Origin: an uncultured delta proteobacterium
GTDB lineage: Bacteria > Desulfobacterota > Binatia > Binatales > Binataceae
Reading direction: 5' to 3'
NCBI GenBank assembly: GCA_963783145.1
Contig: CAWAMM010000001.1
Location: 547,347 to 611,346 of the forward strand
Length of the DNA: 64,000 nt
The position numbers and the translations under genes were made by a program. Position 1 is the stretch's first letter; each line of letters begins with the position of its first letter. Under the pieces are notes generated by a model, which was not told the DNA's origin, did not search any database, and saw only the letters and a program-made list of their open reading frames with translations. Positions 48,466 to 58,170 of this stretch are shown here, piece by piece.

Positions 48466-49400
48466 GGCTGCTCCATGGAAATGCGGATGCGTTCGATCAG
48501 TTCGATCGCTTTCAGCCCGTCGCGCGCGGTCACTGCCGGCGTGCTGCGCCCCCGCACCGAGGCGATGAACGACGCGACCTCATCGGCGAGCGGGTCAGCC
48601 TCGCCGAGATCGATCTGCTCCGCCGAAATAACCGGGAACGTCGTCCCGGCGGGCGGCGGATTTTTGCGATAAACCTGGATCCGGCGCGCCTCGTAGTCGA
48701 CCGAGATATACGCATCGTGCTGGAAAAAGCGGATCTTGCGCTCGCGGCGCGGCGCCACGCGGCTGGTATTCATATTAGCGATCATACCGTTGCTGAAGCG
48801 GATGCGCGCGTTGGCGACATCGATTTGATCGGTTAGCACGGCGACCCCGAGCGCCTCGACCGAGGTCGCTTCGGCGCCGGTCAGCGACATCAGCACGTCA
48901 AGGTCGTGCACCATTAGATCGAGTACCACGTCAACGTCCGTGCCCCGCTCCGTGAATGGCGCGAGGCGATGGCACTCCACGAAGCGGGGCCGAGTGAGAA
49001 TCGAGCGCAGATGATTGACCACCGGATTGAAGCGCTCGAGATGGCCGATCTGCAAAATGCGATCGGTACTCTCGGCGAGCGCGGTCAGCGCGCGCGCATC
49101 CTCGACGGTCGCTGCCATCGGTTTCTCGAGCAGCACGTCGCATCCGGCGCCCAGCAAATGGGAGGCGATTTCGAAATGCGTGACTCCCGGTGAGGCGATC
49201 GTTACGACATCAACCTGCTTATCGAGGTCGCGATAGTGGGTCGCCGAAGCCGCGCCATATAGCGAGGCGAGCTGCGCCGCGCGCGACGCATCGATGTCGA
49301 CGATGTGCGTGAGCCTGACGCCGGGAAGAGCGGCATACTTCGATGCGTGCAGACTTCCCAGGCGGCCGGCGCCGACTACGGCGGCGCGAATTTCAGGCAT
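48462..49400 (-). CDS. Gfo/Idh/MocA-family NAD(P)-dependent oxidoreductase (GnnA-like candidate)
   Basis: A Rossmann motif AVVGAGRLGS and an EKP motif (LLEKPMA) are present. The gene is embedded between lpxI and sco in the lipid A operon. Confidence 0.75.
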   Translation of the reverse strand: MPEIRAAVVGAGRLGSLHASKYAALPGVRLTHIVDIDASRAAQLASLYGAASATHYRDLDKQVDVVTIASPGVTHFEIASHLLGAGCDVLLEKPMAATVEDARALTALAESTDRILQIGHLERFNPVVNHLRSILTRPRFVECHRLAPFTERGTDVDVVLDLMVHDLDVLMSLTGAEATSVEALGVAVLTDQIDVANARIRFSNGMIANMNTSRVAPRRERKIRFFQHDAYISVDYEARRIQVYRKNPPPAGTTFPVISAEQIDLGEADPLADEVASFIASVRGRSTPAVTARDGLKAIELIERIRISMEQP

Positions 49401-50196
49401 GGCCGTACACCGTGAGGCTTGATGCCTGCGCCATCGCGAGAGTGCGCTCGCGCTCGAGGATGAGGCATTTGCCGGCCTCGATGCCGAGCATTGCCGCGCC
49501 GATTTCATTCAGCAACTCGATCGTCGCAGGACCGATCGCGGGCCGGTCGAAGCGCAAATCCTGTCCCGGTTTGGAGACCTTTCCGATAATGAGTCCTTTG
49601 CCCGCGATGGACGCGGCACGACGCAGGGCCGCATCGGTTCCCTCGGCCGCCTCGACCGAGTACACGACGCCGCCGCGCACCGCGACGCTCTGTCCGATGT
49701 CGAAGCCGCCGAGGTTGCGCGCGATGGTGAACGCGAGGGCGAGGTCGCGGAGTTTTTTCTCGTCCGGTTCGGGGCCGGTCATCACGCCCGGCGTTGCGAT
49801 CGCATGGTCCATCAGCGGCACCGGATCGATTACCGGAATTCCTTCGGATTCGATTTCGCGCGCGATCGCGCGCAGCACCGCATCGTCGCTCCAGCGCGTG
49901 ATTGAGGAGAGCATCTTAAGCGCGCGCGCATCGGGCGCGAAGGTTTCGGCAAGATGGGCGCGGGAGATTCCGCCCGCCATTGCAGCTTGCTCGACGCCGG
50001 CGGCCTTCAACACGTCGATGATCGTTTGCAGCTCGCCGACCTTGATCCAGGTAAGTTCATCGACCTGCGCCTCGAGCTCGGGTTTGGTCTCACCTCGATG
50101 CGCGAGCGCGATGACGCTGATTCCGCGCTGACGCGCGGCGGTGGCAACTTCGAGGGGGAAGACTCCGTTGCCCGCGATGAGGCCGAGGCTACTCAC
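49393..50196 (-). CDS. lpxI: UDP-2,3-diacylglucosamine hydrolase LpxI (DUF1009)
   Basis: The GTG start gives VSSLGLIAGNGVFP..., typical of LpxI. It sits between lpxA and lpxB. Confidence 0.75.
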   Translation of the reverse strand: MSSLGLIAGNGVFPLEVATAARQRGISVIALAHRGETKPELEAQVDELTWIKVGELQTIIDVLKAAGVEQAAMAGGISRAHLAETFAPDARALKMLSSITRWSDDAVLRAIAREIESEGIPVIDPVPLMDHAIATPGVMTGPEPDEKKLRDLALAFTIARNLGGFDIGQSVAVRGGVVYSVEAAEGTDAALRRAASIAGKGLIIGKVSKPGQDLRFDRPAIGPATIELLNEIGAAMLGIEAGKCLILERERTLAMAQASSLTVYGHA

Positions 50197-50953
50197 GCTC
50201 GCGCCCGACGACGCCGCGCTGGGAGTTCTGGATGAAGCTGAGCAAACGCTCGACCTCGGGAACACCGCAGTACTCGGCGGCGACTTCCTTGATCGCTTCT
50301 TCGCGGGTCAGCTTGGAAAAGAACAGCTTGCGCATCGCATTCTTAATGAGCGCAATTTTTTCCGCGCCGAAACCAGCGCGCTGAAGGCCGATTTCATGAA
50401 CCCCGACCAGACGCGCACGGTCTCCCGACGCGATCGCAAAAGGCGGAACGTCCAGCTCGATGCGCGCGCCCGCGGCCAGCATCGAATATCCGCCCATCCG
50501 GGTGAATTGCTGAATGAGTACGCCGCCCATCGCGCGAACATGATCTTCGAACACGATATGGCCTGCGAGCTCGGTGGAATTGGCGAGGATACAGTGGTCG
50601 CCGATAATGCAGTCGTGGGCGATGTGAACATAGTTCATCGCAAGAACATGATTGCCGATGCGTGTTACCATTCCGCCGCCTTCAGTACCGCGATGAACGG
50701 TGGTGAACTCGCGAATCAAATTATCGTCGCCAATCTCGACGACGGACGGTTCGCCCTTGAACTTCAGATCCTGCGGTTGCGCTCCAATCGACGCGAACTG
50801 GAAGATGTGGTTGCGCGCGCCAATCGTGGTGTTGCTTTCGATGACCGCATACGGGCCGACCACCGTGTTCGCGCCGATGCGCACCTTCGGCCCGATTACC
50901 GCTCCAGGTCCAATCTCGACCGAGGAATCGAGTTCGGCGCGGCTATCGATCAC
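50189..50953 (-). CDS. lpxA: UDP-N-acetylglucosamine O-acyltransferase
   Basis: The GTG start at 50953 gives MIDSRAELDSSVEIGPGAVIGP..., aligning with E. coli [22 protein letters not shown]. Hexapeptide repeats follow. Confidence 0.85.
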   Translation of the reverse strand: MIDSRAELDSSVEIGPGAVIGPKVRIGANTVVGPYAVIESNTTIGARNHIFQFASIGAQPQDLKFKGEPSVVEIGDDNLIREFTTVHRGTEGGGMVTRIGNHVLAMNYVHIAHDCIIGDHCILANSTELAGHIVFEDHVRAMGGVLIQQFTRMGGYSMLAAGARIELDVPPFAIASGDRARLVGVHEIGLQRAGFGAEKIALIKNAMRKLFFSKLTREEAIKEVAAEYCGVPEVERLLSFIQNSQRGVVGRERE

Positions 50954-50976
50954 CGCGGAAGAATGAATCTTGCCTG

Positions 50977-51432
50977 CTATGACAATTTCTCCTCGGGCAC
51001 TTCCATCGCGGAGATTTCGGCCTCGGCCGCGATCTCTCCGCCGACGCGCGCTTCGGCGTGCATCTTCCATAACGGCCCGCGGCTGCGAATCACGGTTACT
51101 TCCATGTCGAGCTGATCGCCGGGGATCACCGGTCGGCGAAACCGTGCCTTCTCGACCCCGGTGAGCATGAACAGGCGCTGGCTTTCGGATTTCATCTCCG
51201 CCAGCGCCAGGATGGCCGCCGACTGCGCGAGCGCCTCTATTATCAGCACCCCCGGCATGACAGGATTGCCGGGAAAATGGCCCGCGAAGAACGGCTCGTT
51301 GTTGCTGACGTTCTTGAGGGTGCGAGCCTTGCCATTGCCGACTTCAACGACGCGATCCACCATCAGGAACGGATAGCGATGCGGCAGCATCCGCAGAAAT
51401 CGATCGAGCTGAGGATTTTTCTCGCCTGCCAA
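50977..51432 (-). CDS. fabZ: 3-hydroxyacyl-ACP dehydratase
   Basis: The TTG start gives (M)AGEKNPQLDRFLRMLPHRYPFLMVDRV... followed by a hot-dog fold. Confidence 0.85.
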   Translation of the reverse strand: MAGEKNPQLDRFLRMLPHRYPFLMVDRVVEVGNGKARTLKNVSNNEPFFAGHFPGNPVMPGVLIIEALAQSAAILALAEMKSESQRLFMLTGVEKARFRRPVIPGDQLDMEVTVIRSRGPLWKMHAEARVGGEIAAEAEISAMEVPEEKLS

Positions 51433-51446
51433 AATGTCCCGAAGCC

Positions 51447-52091
51447 TTACTTGGAGATCGAGGAATGCTTGGCGGCGCCCGAACCGAAGTCGCTGGGCGA
51501 GGATGCACCCGCTTGCTCCTCGTCGCCGGCCTCGCCGCCCCCCATCGGCGGCGCGGTCATACCGCCGCCGAGGCTGCCGATCTTGACGTGCATACCATTG
51601 TAGGTGCGGATGATCTGGTCGGTGATGTCGATTCCCGGGGTGCCCCATAGAATCGAGCCTTTCTCAAAGACCATGGTGTAGCCGTTCTTCTCGCCGACGT
51701 CGCGGATCACTTGCGCGAGGTCATGGATGATCATGCTGGTAATCTCTTGATCTTTGTGCTCGAGGTCGTCCTTGGAATCTTTGTAGTTGCGCTCGAAGTT
51801 CTTGGCCTTGTTGACATACTCGTCCTGAAGACTCTGGCGCTGCTCGGGCTTCATGAGCATGCCTTTCTTCTCGAGTTCATCCTTGAGCCGGGCGACCTCA
51901 TTCTCCTCACTCTGCAGGTTCTGTTCGACTTTTTGTACTTTGACGCGGAAGTCGCCCTTGGCCGCTTTCCCGGCTTCGCATTCGTTGAGCGCGCGCTGGA
52001 CATCGACATAGGCCAGCTTCACTTCCGCCGATGCGGGAATCGCGGCGAGAAGCGCCAACAGGGTGACCGCGGCCATCAACCGATTTCTCAT
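51447..52091 (-). CDS. skp: OmpH/Skp-family periplasmic chaperone
   Basis: A signal peptide (MRNRLMAAVTLLALLAAIPASA) precedes a coiled-coil-rich body. The gene lies between bamA and fabZ. Confidence 0.75.
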   Translation of the reverse strand: MRNRLMAAVTLLALLAAIPASAEVKLAYVDVQRALNECEAGKAAKGDFRVKVQKVEQNLQSEENEVARLKDELEKKGMLMKPEQRQSLQDEYVNKAKNFERNYKDSKDDLEHKDQEITSMIIHDLAQVIRDVGEKNGYTMVFEKGSILWGTPGIDITDQIIRTYNGMHVKIGSLGGGMTAPPMGGGEAGDEEQAGASSPSDFGSGAAKHSSISK

Positions 52092-52246
52092 CTGAATTGG
52101 AATCCTCCGTGAAAGCGAATCATAGCAACGCGGGCCTTGGCTGGGCGTCCGAGGCGGGGTTGGACCGGCGCTGTCTGAGTTGCAACTATCGAGGCAGTAT
52201 TTAAGCCAATTTTGTGGCCCGCGCGCTATAGGGGCGACCGCAATCT

Positions 52247-54703
52247 CTAAAGCGGCGCGCCGCCACCGATCTCGAAAACGTTGCTCTGATCCTGCGGACG
52301 CGGGTTGACGGGGCGCGCCACGTCGACCGCGAGCGGACCGAACGGCGAACGCCATCGGATGCCGATTCCATACGCCGCCTGCAGCGAGCTGGGCGTGATG
52401 CTCTGAGAGAGATTATAGGCCTGACCCGCATCGGCAAACACGACGCCACGAATTCCCAAGCCGGAGAGAATCGGGAAACTGATCTCGCCATCCAGGAGCA
52501 GCTCCTTGCTGCCTCCGGTGTTTTCGATTTGGAGTGGAGTGCCGTCCTGATTCAGTAACAATACCTCGGGGCCCAAAGAATAAAGCTGATAGCCGCGAAC
52601 GTCGCCTTGACCACCGACACCGCCGGGGAAAAATCGCTCGTAGAGCGGAAGCTCGTTGCCCTGCCCGGGTGAAAGCGTAGTCCCGATCCCGTACGTGACC
52701 CCTGGAGAGAACACCCACTGACCGAAGGTCGCGCTCTTGAGGAAGGTGTAGTAAAGGCGCGCGTGCACCAGCGCCTTAATGAAGGCGACGCCCGGGCCGA
52801 TGCCCGCCAGCTCCACGTTCAGGCTTTCAATCGAACCGCTGCGCGGATCGATGGGGTTGTCTACCGTGGCGCGCCGAATACTCGGGATCAGCTCAGAAAC
52901 TTGCGTATATCCCTTGTACTTGGCGATCTGGTAGGTGGTGAACGGCGACAAACCGCCGATGCCGACGCTCTCGAACTGGTAGCCCAATCCGGCCCGCACA
53001 TCCTTCAGCGAGAAGGGCCCCAGGTTCTTAAACCCCAGCTCGGCGAGTGGGTAGCTGGAATTGACCGCGCCCCCGGCCGCATTTTGATGGAAGGTGAAGA
53101 GGTCGGTTTTGCTGTCGAAGATCGACAGCGACACCGCCAGCGGGATATCGAGGAACCAGGGCTCGGTATAACTCGCAGTATAGTTTTGAAACAGGAAGCC
53201 GATTTGTGCGCTAAGTAGCACCGCCTCGCCGCCGCCGAACAAATTGGTATTGCCAAGCTGGAAATGCCCGAACACCGACTGGTAGCTGTCGAAACCGCCG
53301 GCCACCTGAAATGAGGCGGTGTTCTGCTCGGCTACGTCAACATTGAGATCCACCTTGTCCGGCTGCGCGGAGGGTGCGGTGGTGATGCGAGTGGTGCTGA
53401 AAAAGCCCAGCTGGTCGAGGCGGCGCTTGGAATCGCGAATCGCGGAAGCGGAGTAGGGCTCCTGTTCCTGCACCTGCATCTCGCGGCGGATGACCTTGTC
53501 CGAGGTCCGGGTGTTGCCGCTGATGTTGATGCGGTTGACCAGCACCTCGCGGCCGGGGTTGACGCTGAAGGTGATATTGACTTTGCGCGCGGCCGGCTCT
53601 AGCGCAGTCTTGGGTTCCACGTCGACGAAGGCATAGCCGCGATCAGAATAAAAGTCCGACAAGGTCAGCACGTCATGTTGCAGCGTCGATCCGCGGAAGT
53701 CCGCGCCAGGTTTGGTGGTTATCAAGGGGACCAATTCGCTGCGCGGATACTTCAGGTCGCCGGCGACATCGACGCTCCCGACTTTGTAGATTGGCCCCTC
53801 ATCGATGGGGATCGTCACCTTGAGTCCCTTGGGTATGCGGCTGATAACGGGCTCGCCGACGTGGACGTTCAAGTAGCCGTGATCGTAGTAAAAAGCCGCG
53901 ATCCGATCGGTGTCCTCACGCAGTTTCTTTTGATCGAGCACGCCCGCGGTGGTGACCAGACTAAGCAGCGGGATGTATTTGGTGGTATCCATCTGGCCGC
54001 GCAATTCGCGGGCGCTGAAAGCGTGATTGCCGGTGAAATCGACCTCGCGGATGTAGACCTTCGGCCCTTCGGTGACGACGAAGGTTCCGACCTCGGTGTT
54101 GTTGGCCCCGAATTGTTCCTGATAGTCCACCTTGGTGTCGGAAAAGCCCTTACCCTCGTATACTTCCTTGATCTCTTTTTCGGTTTCCTTGACCCGGGTC
54201 GGATCCAGAATCGAGCCGGGATGGATCTTCATCGCCGCGACGATCTTATCGTCGGTGGTGCGGACCTCCTTCATCCCGGTGATCTTCACATCGGTAACTT
54301 GCGGCCGTTCGGTGACCTTGTAAACCAGGACTTCCTTGCCCTTCTCGTTGCGAGTATCGGCGGTGACGTTTTGAAAAAAGCCCATCTTGTAAATGGACTT
54401 GATGTCCTCGCTGACCGCGGCGTTGTTGAGTGGTTCGCCGGTCCGTTGCGAGATATGGAGGCGGATGGCGTCGCTTTCGACGCGCTGATTACCTTCGATC
54501 TGGATGTCGGAAATGATCGGATTTTGGGCGCGCGCGATGTTGCCGCTCAGCAGCAGCGTCAATGATAACAGTACCCCGAGCGCGCCAGGCCACCGCGCGT
54601 TGCATCTTCCGATTGCCACCAATGTCCACCCAAACGCTCGCCAAGCTAACCAATCATGGTTGCTATGTAAACCTGAGATGCCGCGCGCGCGATTCATAGC
54701 CAT
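52247..54703 (-). CDS. bamA: Outer membrane protein assembly factor BamA (Omp85)
   Basis: The 818-aa product has five POTRA-like repeats and a C-terminal 16-strand barrel ending ...FEIGGGAPL. Confidence 0.9.
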   Translation of the reverse strand: MAMNRARGISGLHSNHDWLAWRAFGWTLVAIGRCNARWPGALGVLLSLTLLLSGNIARAQNPIISDIQIEGNQRVESDAIRLHISQRTGEPLNNAAVSEDIKSIYKMGFFQNVTADTRNEKGKEVLVYKVTERPQVTDVKITGMKEVRTTDDKIVAAMKIHPGSILDPTRVKETEKEIKEVYEGKGFSDTKVDYQEQFGANNTEVGTFVVTEGPKVYIREVDFTGNHAFSARELRGQMDTTKYIPLLSLVTTAGVLDQKKLREDTDRIAAFYYDHGYLNVHVGEPVISRIPKGLKVTIPIDEGPIYKVGSVDVAGDLKYPRSELVPLITTKPGADFRGSTLQHDVLTLSDFYSDRGYAFVDVEPKTALEPAARKVNITFSVNPGREVLVNRINISGNTRTSDKVIRREMQVQEQEPYSASAIRDSKRRLDQLGFFSTTRITTAPSAQPDKVDLNVDVAEQNTASFQVAGGFDSYQSVFGHFQLGNTNLFGGGEAVLLSAQIGFLFQNYTASYTEPWFLDIPLAVSLSIFDSKTDLFTFHQNAAGGAVNSSYPLAELGFKNLGPFSLKDVRAGLGYQFESVGIGGLSPFTTYQIAKYKGYTQVSELIPSIRRATVDNPIDPRSGSIESLNVELAGIGPGVAFIKALVHARLYYTFLKSATFGQWVFSPGVTYGIGTTLSPGQGNELPLYERFFPGGVGGQGDVRGYQLYSLGPEVLLLNQDGTPLQIENTGGSKELLLDGEISFPILSGLGIRGVVFADAGQAYNLSQSITPSSLQAAYGIGIRWRSPFGPLAVDVARPVNPRPQDQSNVFEIGGGAPL

Positions 54704-54713
54704 GCGGGACGCA

Positions 54714-55445
54714 CTAAACGCGCGGCTCGTCGTAGAGCTTGCCGTCCTTCAGTCGCAACGCGCGCCCCATGCTCCGCGTCAGCCGTTCATTATGCGTCGC
54801 GACGATCAGGGTCACGTCGAGCTCGCGATTAAGTTTATGAAACAGCTCATGGACCTCATCCGCGGTATGGGGGTCGAGATTGCCGGTCGGCTCGTCCGCC
54901 AGCACCAGGCGCGGGCTCTGCACCACCGCCCGCGCGACCGCGACGCGCTGTTGCTCGCCGCCGGATAATTCGGCGGGCCGTCGATGCAGTTTGTCCCCGA
55001 GCCCAACCATCGCGAGCATCCGCTCGGCGCGCTCGCGCGCTTCGCGCTCAGGCACGCGCCCGATCAGCGCCGGCATCATCACGTTTTCCAACGCGTTGAA
55101 ATCGGCGAGCAGGTAATGAAACTGGAACACGAAGCCGAGTTTGCGATTGCGGAAATCCGCCAGCGCGCGCTCGTCGAGGGCGAACAGATCCAGTCCCTCG
55201 AAGAGCACTTTGCCGCTGCTCGGCCGCTCCAGGCTGCCGAGGATGTTCAGCAGCGTCGATTTGCCGGTGCCCGATTGCCCCACCACTGCGATCAGCTCGC
55301 CGGCCGCGACGGTCAGCGAGAGATCCTGCAGCACCCGGATTTCGCGATCGACATCGTGGAAATTCTTCGAGATTCCCGTCGCGATAATCAGCGGATTGAT
55401 GGCCGCGGTCAGAGCGGCGGCCGCGCCCACCGCGGCGTCACTCAT
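54714..55445 (-). CDS. lolD: Lipoprotein-releasing ABC transporter ATP-binding protein
   Basis: Walker A (GQSGTGKST), signature (LSGGEQQR) and Walker B motifs are present. Confidence 0.8.
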   Translation of the reverse strand: MSDAAVGAAAALTAAINPLIIATGISKNFHDVDREIRVLQDLSLTVAAGELIAVVGQSGTGKSTLLNILGSLERPSSGKVLFEGLDLFALDERALADFRNRKLGFVFQFHYLLADFNALENVMMPALIGRVPEREARERAERMLAMVGLGDKLHRRPAELSGGEQQRVAVARAVVQSPRLVLADEPTGNLDPHTADEVHELFHKLNRELDVTLIVATHNERLTRSMGRALRLKDGKLYDEPRV

Positions 55446-56721
55446 AACGAATCACCTCGACCGGCGAGAGCGAGCGCGCCTTGAGCGCCGGATACAGCGC
55501 CGCCACCAGGCAGAGCAGCATCGACGCGAGGCCCACCAAAACGAAGTTCAGTGGATAAATGCGCACCGGCACGTAGCTGATCATGAACATATCGGCGGGC
55601 AACTTTATCAGATGATACTTGCCGATCGCCCATGAGGTGAGGAAGCCGGTGCCGGTGCCGAGCACCGTGCCGACCACCCCGAGCACCGCGCCTTCGGTCA
55701 GGAAGATCGCCGCGACCGAACCGGCCCGCGCGCCCATCGCGCGCAGGATCGCGATTTCCTTGCGCCGCTCCATCACCACCATCACCAGTGTCGCGATGAT
55801 GTTGAATGCCGCCACCAGCACGATCAGCATCAGCACCAGAAAGTAGGTGAACTTCTCCAGTTGCAGAGCCGAGAACAGCGGCGCGTTCTCGGTGGTCCAG
55901 TCCTTCACTGAAAAGCCCGGTCCGGCGAGGGCCGCGATCTTCTCCGCGATCGCGGGGGCGTCAAACATATCCTTGAGGCGCGCCTCGAGGCCGGATTCGA
56001 GTTGCGGATCATCCGCCAATAGCGCGCGGCCGGCTTTGAGATCGACGAAGATGAGCGTGGAGTCGAAATCATACATGCCGGAATAGAAAAATCCGGTTAC
56101 CACGAATCGTTTGAGGCGCGGACTGCCTGCCGCACCGGCCAGGCTCGCGGGCGATATCAAGGTGATAGTGTCGCCGACCCGCAGCGCGCCAAGGTCCAGT
56201 GAAAGAGTGCGGCCCAAAATCGCGCCGGGTAGGTCGACCTGCCGTTTGACGCCATTGTCGACGACTTCCACCGGATGCATCTCAGAGAGCGACGCGAGAC
56301 TTCCCGAATCCAGCGTGCTTTTCAGTTCGGTCAGGACCGGATTGTCGGTAGCGATCACGCCGCGCAACATTCCGCCCGCCATGTATGACGGCGCGCCGGT
56401 GGGCGTCGTTCCCACTGCCATCACCTGCGAGGTGACGAACGGTGCCACCGCGAGAACCCCCGGCATCGAGGCGATCTGCTTGCGCAGCGCATCGGGATTC
56501 CAGACCTGCCCATCGGAGCGCTCGACCACGATTTGCGGGGTGAAGGCGAGCAGGCGCGCGCGCAAATCGACCTGGAATCCGCTCATCACCGAGAGCGCCA
56601 CCGTCAATGCGAATGTCCCCAGGGTCACACCCGCCAGCGAGATAATCGCGATGAGCGAGACGAAGCGTTCGCGCCGTCGCGCGCGGAGGTAACGCATTCC
56701 TATAAGGTATTCAAAACGCAT
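55438..56721 (-). CDS. lolC: Lipoprotein-releasing system permease (LolC/E, FtsX-like)
   Basis: The 427-aa product has an N-terminal TM, a large periplasmic loop and a C-terminal FtsX domain. It overlaps lolD by 8 nt. Confidence 0.8.
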   Translation of the reverse strand: MRFEYLIGMRYLRARRRERFVSLIAIISLAGVTLGTFALTVALSVMSGFQVDLRARLLAFTPQIVVERSDGQVWNPDALRKQIASMPGVLAVAPFVTSQVMAVGTTPTGAPSYMAGGMLRGVIATDNPVLTELKSTLDSGSLASLSEMHPVEVVDNGVKRQVDLPGAILGRTLSLDLGALRVGDTITLISPASLAGAAGSPRLKRFVVTGFFYSGMYDFDSTLIFVDLKAGRALLADDPQLESGLEARLKDMFDAPAIAEKIAALAGPGFSVKDWTTENAPLFSALQLEKFTYFLVLMLIVLVAAFNIIATLVMVVMERRKEIAILRAMGARAGSVAAIFLTEGAVLGVVGTVLGTGTGFLTSWAIGKYHLIKLPADMFMISYVPVRIYPLNFVLVGLASMLLCLVAALYPALKARSLSPVEVIRYE

Positions 56722-56868
56722 GGGGGATGGCCGCGACTATGCTTTCTGAGCGATGGGGCATTTGCAACGCCACGCGAATTTGCACGAAGCAGTCCGTGGC
56801 GCCTTCTCGGCTCCGGCGGCGGCATCCCGTGGCGTCCGAAGGTTTGGAAGCCTCCCACGCGCGGAGGT

Positions 56869-57945
56869 TCAATCGCTGTCTTGGTCAAAGCCGGGTGGCA
56901 ATTGCGCCTCCCTGGCGTTCGGTTTCCGGCTCTTAAGCCTCGCCAATAGAGACGGAACGCTGGCGGTCAAGTCGTTCGGCAGGGTGCGCAAGGCGGAGTC
57001 GTCGAACGAAAGATTCAGGTACTCGATTGCCAACTGCGCGACCGCCTCGCCCTGACGAAAGTCTCGCTTGCGTTTCATCGGGTTGCGGGTGGGTTGCAGC
57101 GACAACCAAATTTTGTGCAGTGCGAAGACTCGCGGATCAGGAACCACGAAGCGGGTCGGGAATCCATTCTCGGCGATCACGATCTGGGAAAATTTCGGAC
57201 CCGCAATAAGCCAGTCGAGGCCGGTTATTTGTTCAGCGATAAGGTCTTTGCCCATTCCGATGCTTGGGAGAGCGCTTTTGCCCGGTTGTATCGAGATGGG
57301 CCGCAACAATTCGACCATGAAACCCTTTGCGTTGACCGCTCGGAAACTGCGTTCACGCGCCGGCGCGAAGCTCTTGTCGACAGTCTTTAAGAGACCGAGA
57401 AGGCCGAGTTTTCTGGTTCGAACCGCGATCTCCAGCGGTGAATTTGGATCGATCAGTGTATCGAGGTCATCGGTCTGAAGCAGTCCGGCTTTGAACTGCA
57501 CACCCGCCGCCGCTTCGTACGCATACAGCGAGTGGCTTCCCAGTAGTATCAGATGGGTTCCGAGCAGACCGGCGCTGTCGAGGACTCTGGCGATATCCAC
57601 TGAAATCCTTGGTACTCGATTGACCTCGGCGGCGACGCAGAATTTTGCTCTTCGCTGGAGCTCCGATCGAACCGAGGCAGAGCGGGCGCGAAGGGCTTTT
57701 TTTCGGGCGGTAAATTCGCGAAAGAGAACTTCGGTTTGTGGCGAGCGCGGACCGAGCGACCGGATGTGTCCTTCCCGATCCAGACTGCGCACCAGGTAGT
57801 CGCGGCCTTTTACGGTTTTCCAGAACATGCCGCCGGCGATCTCGCGGGTTTCCTTGGCGAATTCGAGGAAATGGTCATAGAGCTGAATCGCGTCTGCGGC
57901 GAGCCGTCGTTGCTCGGCGGTTAGTTCTCGCCATTGCGAAGCCAT
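56869..57945 (-). CDS. Nucleotidyltransferase-fold protein (Pol-beta superfamily GS...DxD), function unknown
   Basis: LILLGSHSLYAYEAAAGVQFKAGLLQTDDLDTLID carries the hG[GS]...DhD signature. An ATG at 57945 is preceded by an AGGAAA Shine-Dalgarno sequence. From memory it may resemble the GSU2403-type NTase family; this needs an HMM search. Confidence 0.5.
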   Translation of the reverse strand: MASQWRELTAEQRRLAADAIQLYDHFLEFAKETREIAGGMFWKTVKGRDYLVRSLDREGHIRSLGPRSPQTEVLFREFTARKKALRARSASVRSELQRRAKFCVAAEVNRVPRISVDIARVLDSAGLLGTHLILLGSHSLYAYEAAAGVQFKAGLLQTDDLDTLIDPNSPLEIAVRTRKLGLLGLLKTVDKSFAPARERSFRAVNAKGFMVELLRPISIQPGKSALPSIGMGKDLIAEQITGLDWLIAGPKFSQIVIAENGFPTRFVVPDPRVFALHKIWLSLQPTRNPMKRKRDFRQGEAVAQLAIEYLNLSFDDSALRTLPNDLTASVPSLLARLKSRKPNAREAQLPPGFDQDSD

Positions 57946-57950
57946 GGTTA

Positions 57951-58170
57951 GTTTCCTATCAGATGACTTACAATGAGACAATGATAGGAAACCTAGGAGG
58001 AAATTACTTATCGCGCGAATTATTCGCGTGATTATCCTTGATTTACACCATTTCCGATAAGCGCGGTCGGTTTCCTATCAAGCAATTGATCCGAAGAAAT
58101 GATAGGAAACAAGACCCATTACGAATTTTTTTCCTATATTTTTGCGCAATTAGAGTCTTTTATAGGAAAA
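57951..58170. repeat. Array of three inverted-repeat units (GTTTCCTATCA - ~20 nt - TGATAGGAAAC) in an AT-rich divergent promoter region
   Basis: Unit 1 is 57951-57961 with 57982-57992. Unit 2 is 58070-58080 with 58100-58110, both half-sites perfect. Unit 3 is the degenerate TTTCCTATA 58130-58138 with TATAGGAAAA 58161-58170. Local GC is about 38% against about 64% overall. Confidence 0.5.

Noticed and set aside
50954-51070. A 39-aa N-terminal extension on lpxA (ATG at 51070)
   Set aside because: It would overlap fabZ by about 90 nt. The GTG at 50953 gives MIDSRAELDSS..., which aligns with the canonical LpxA N-terminus MIDKSAF...
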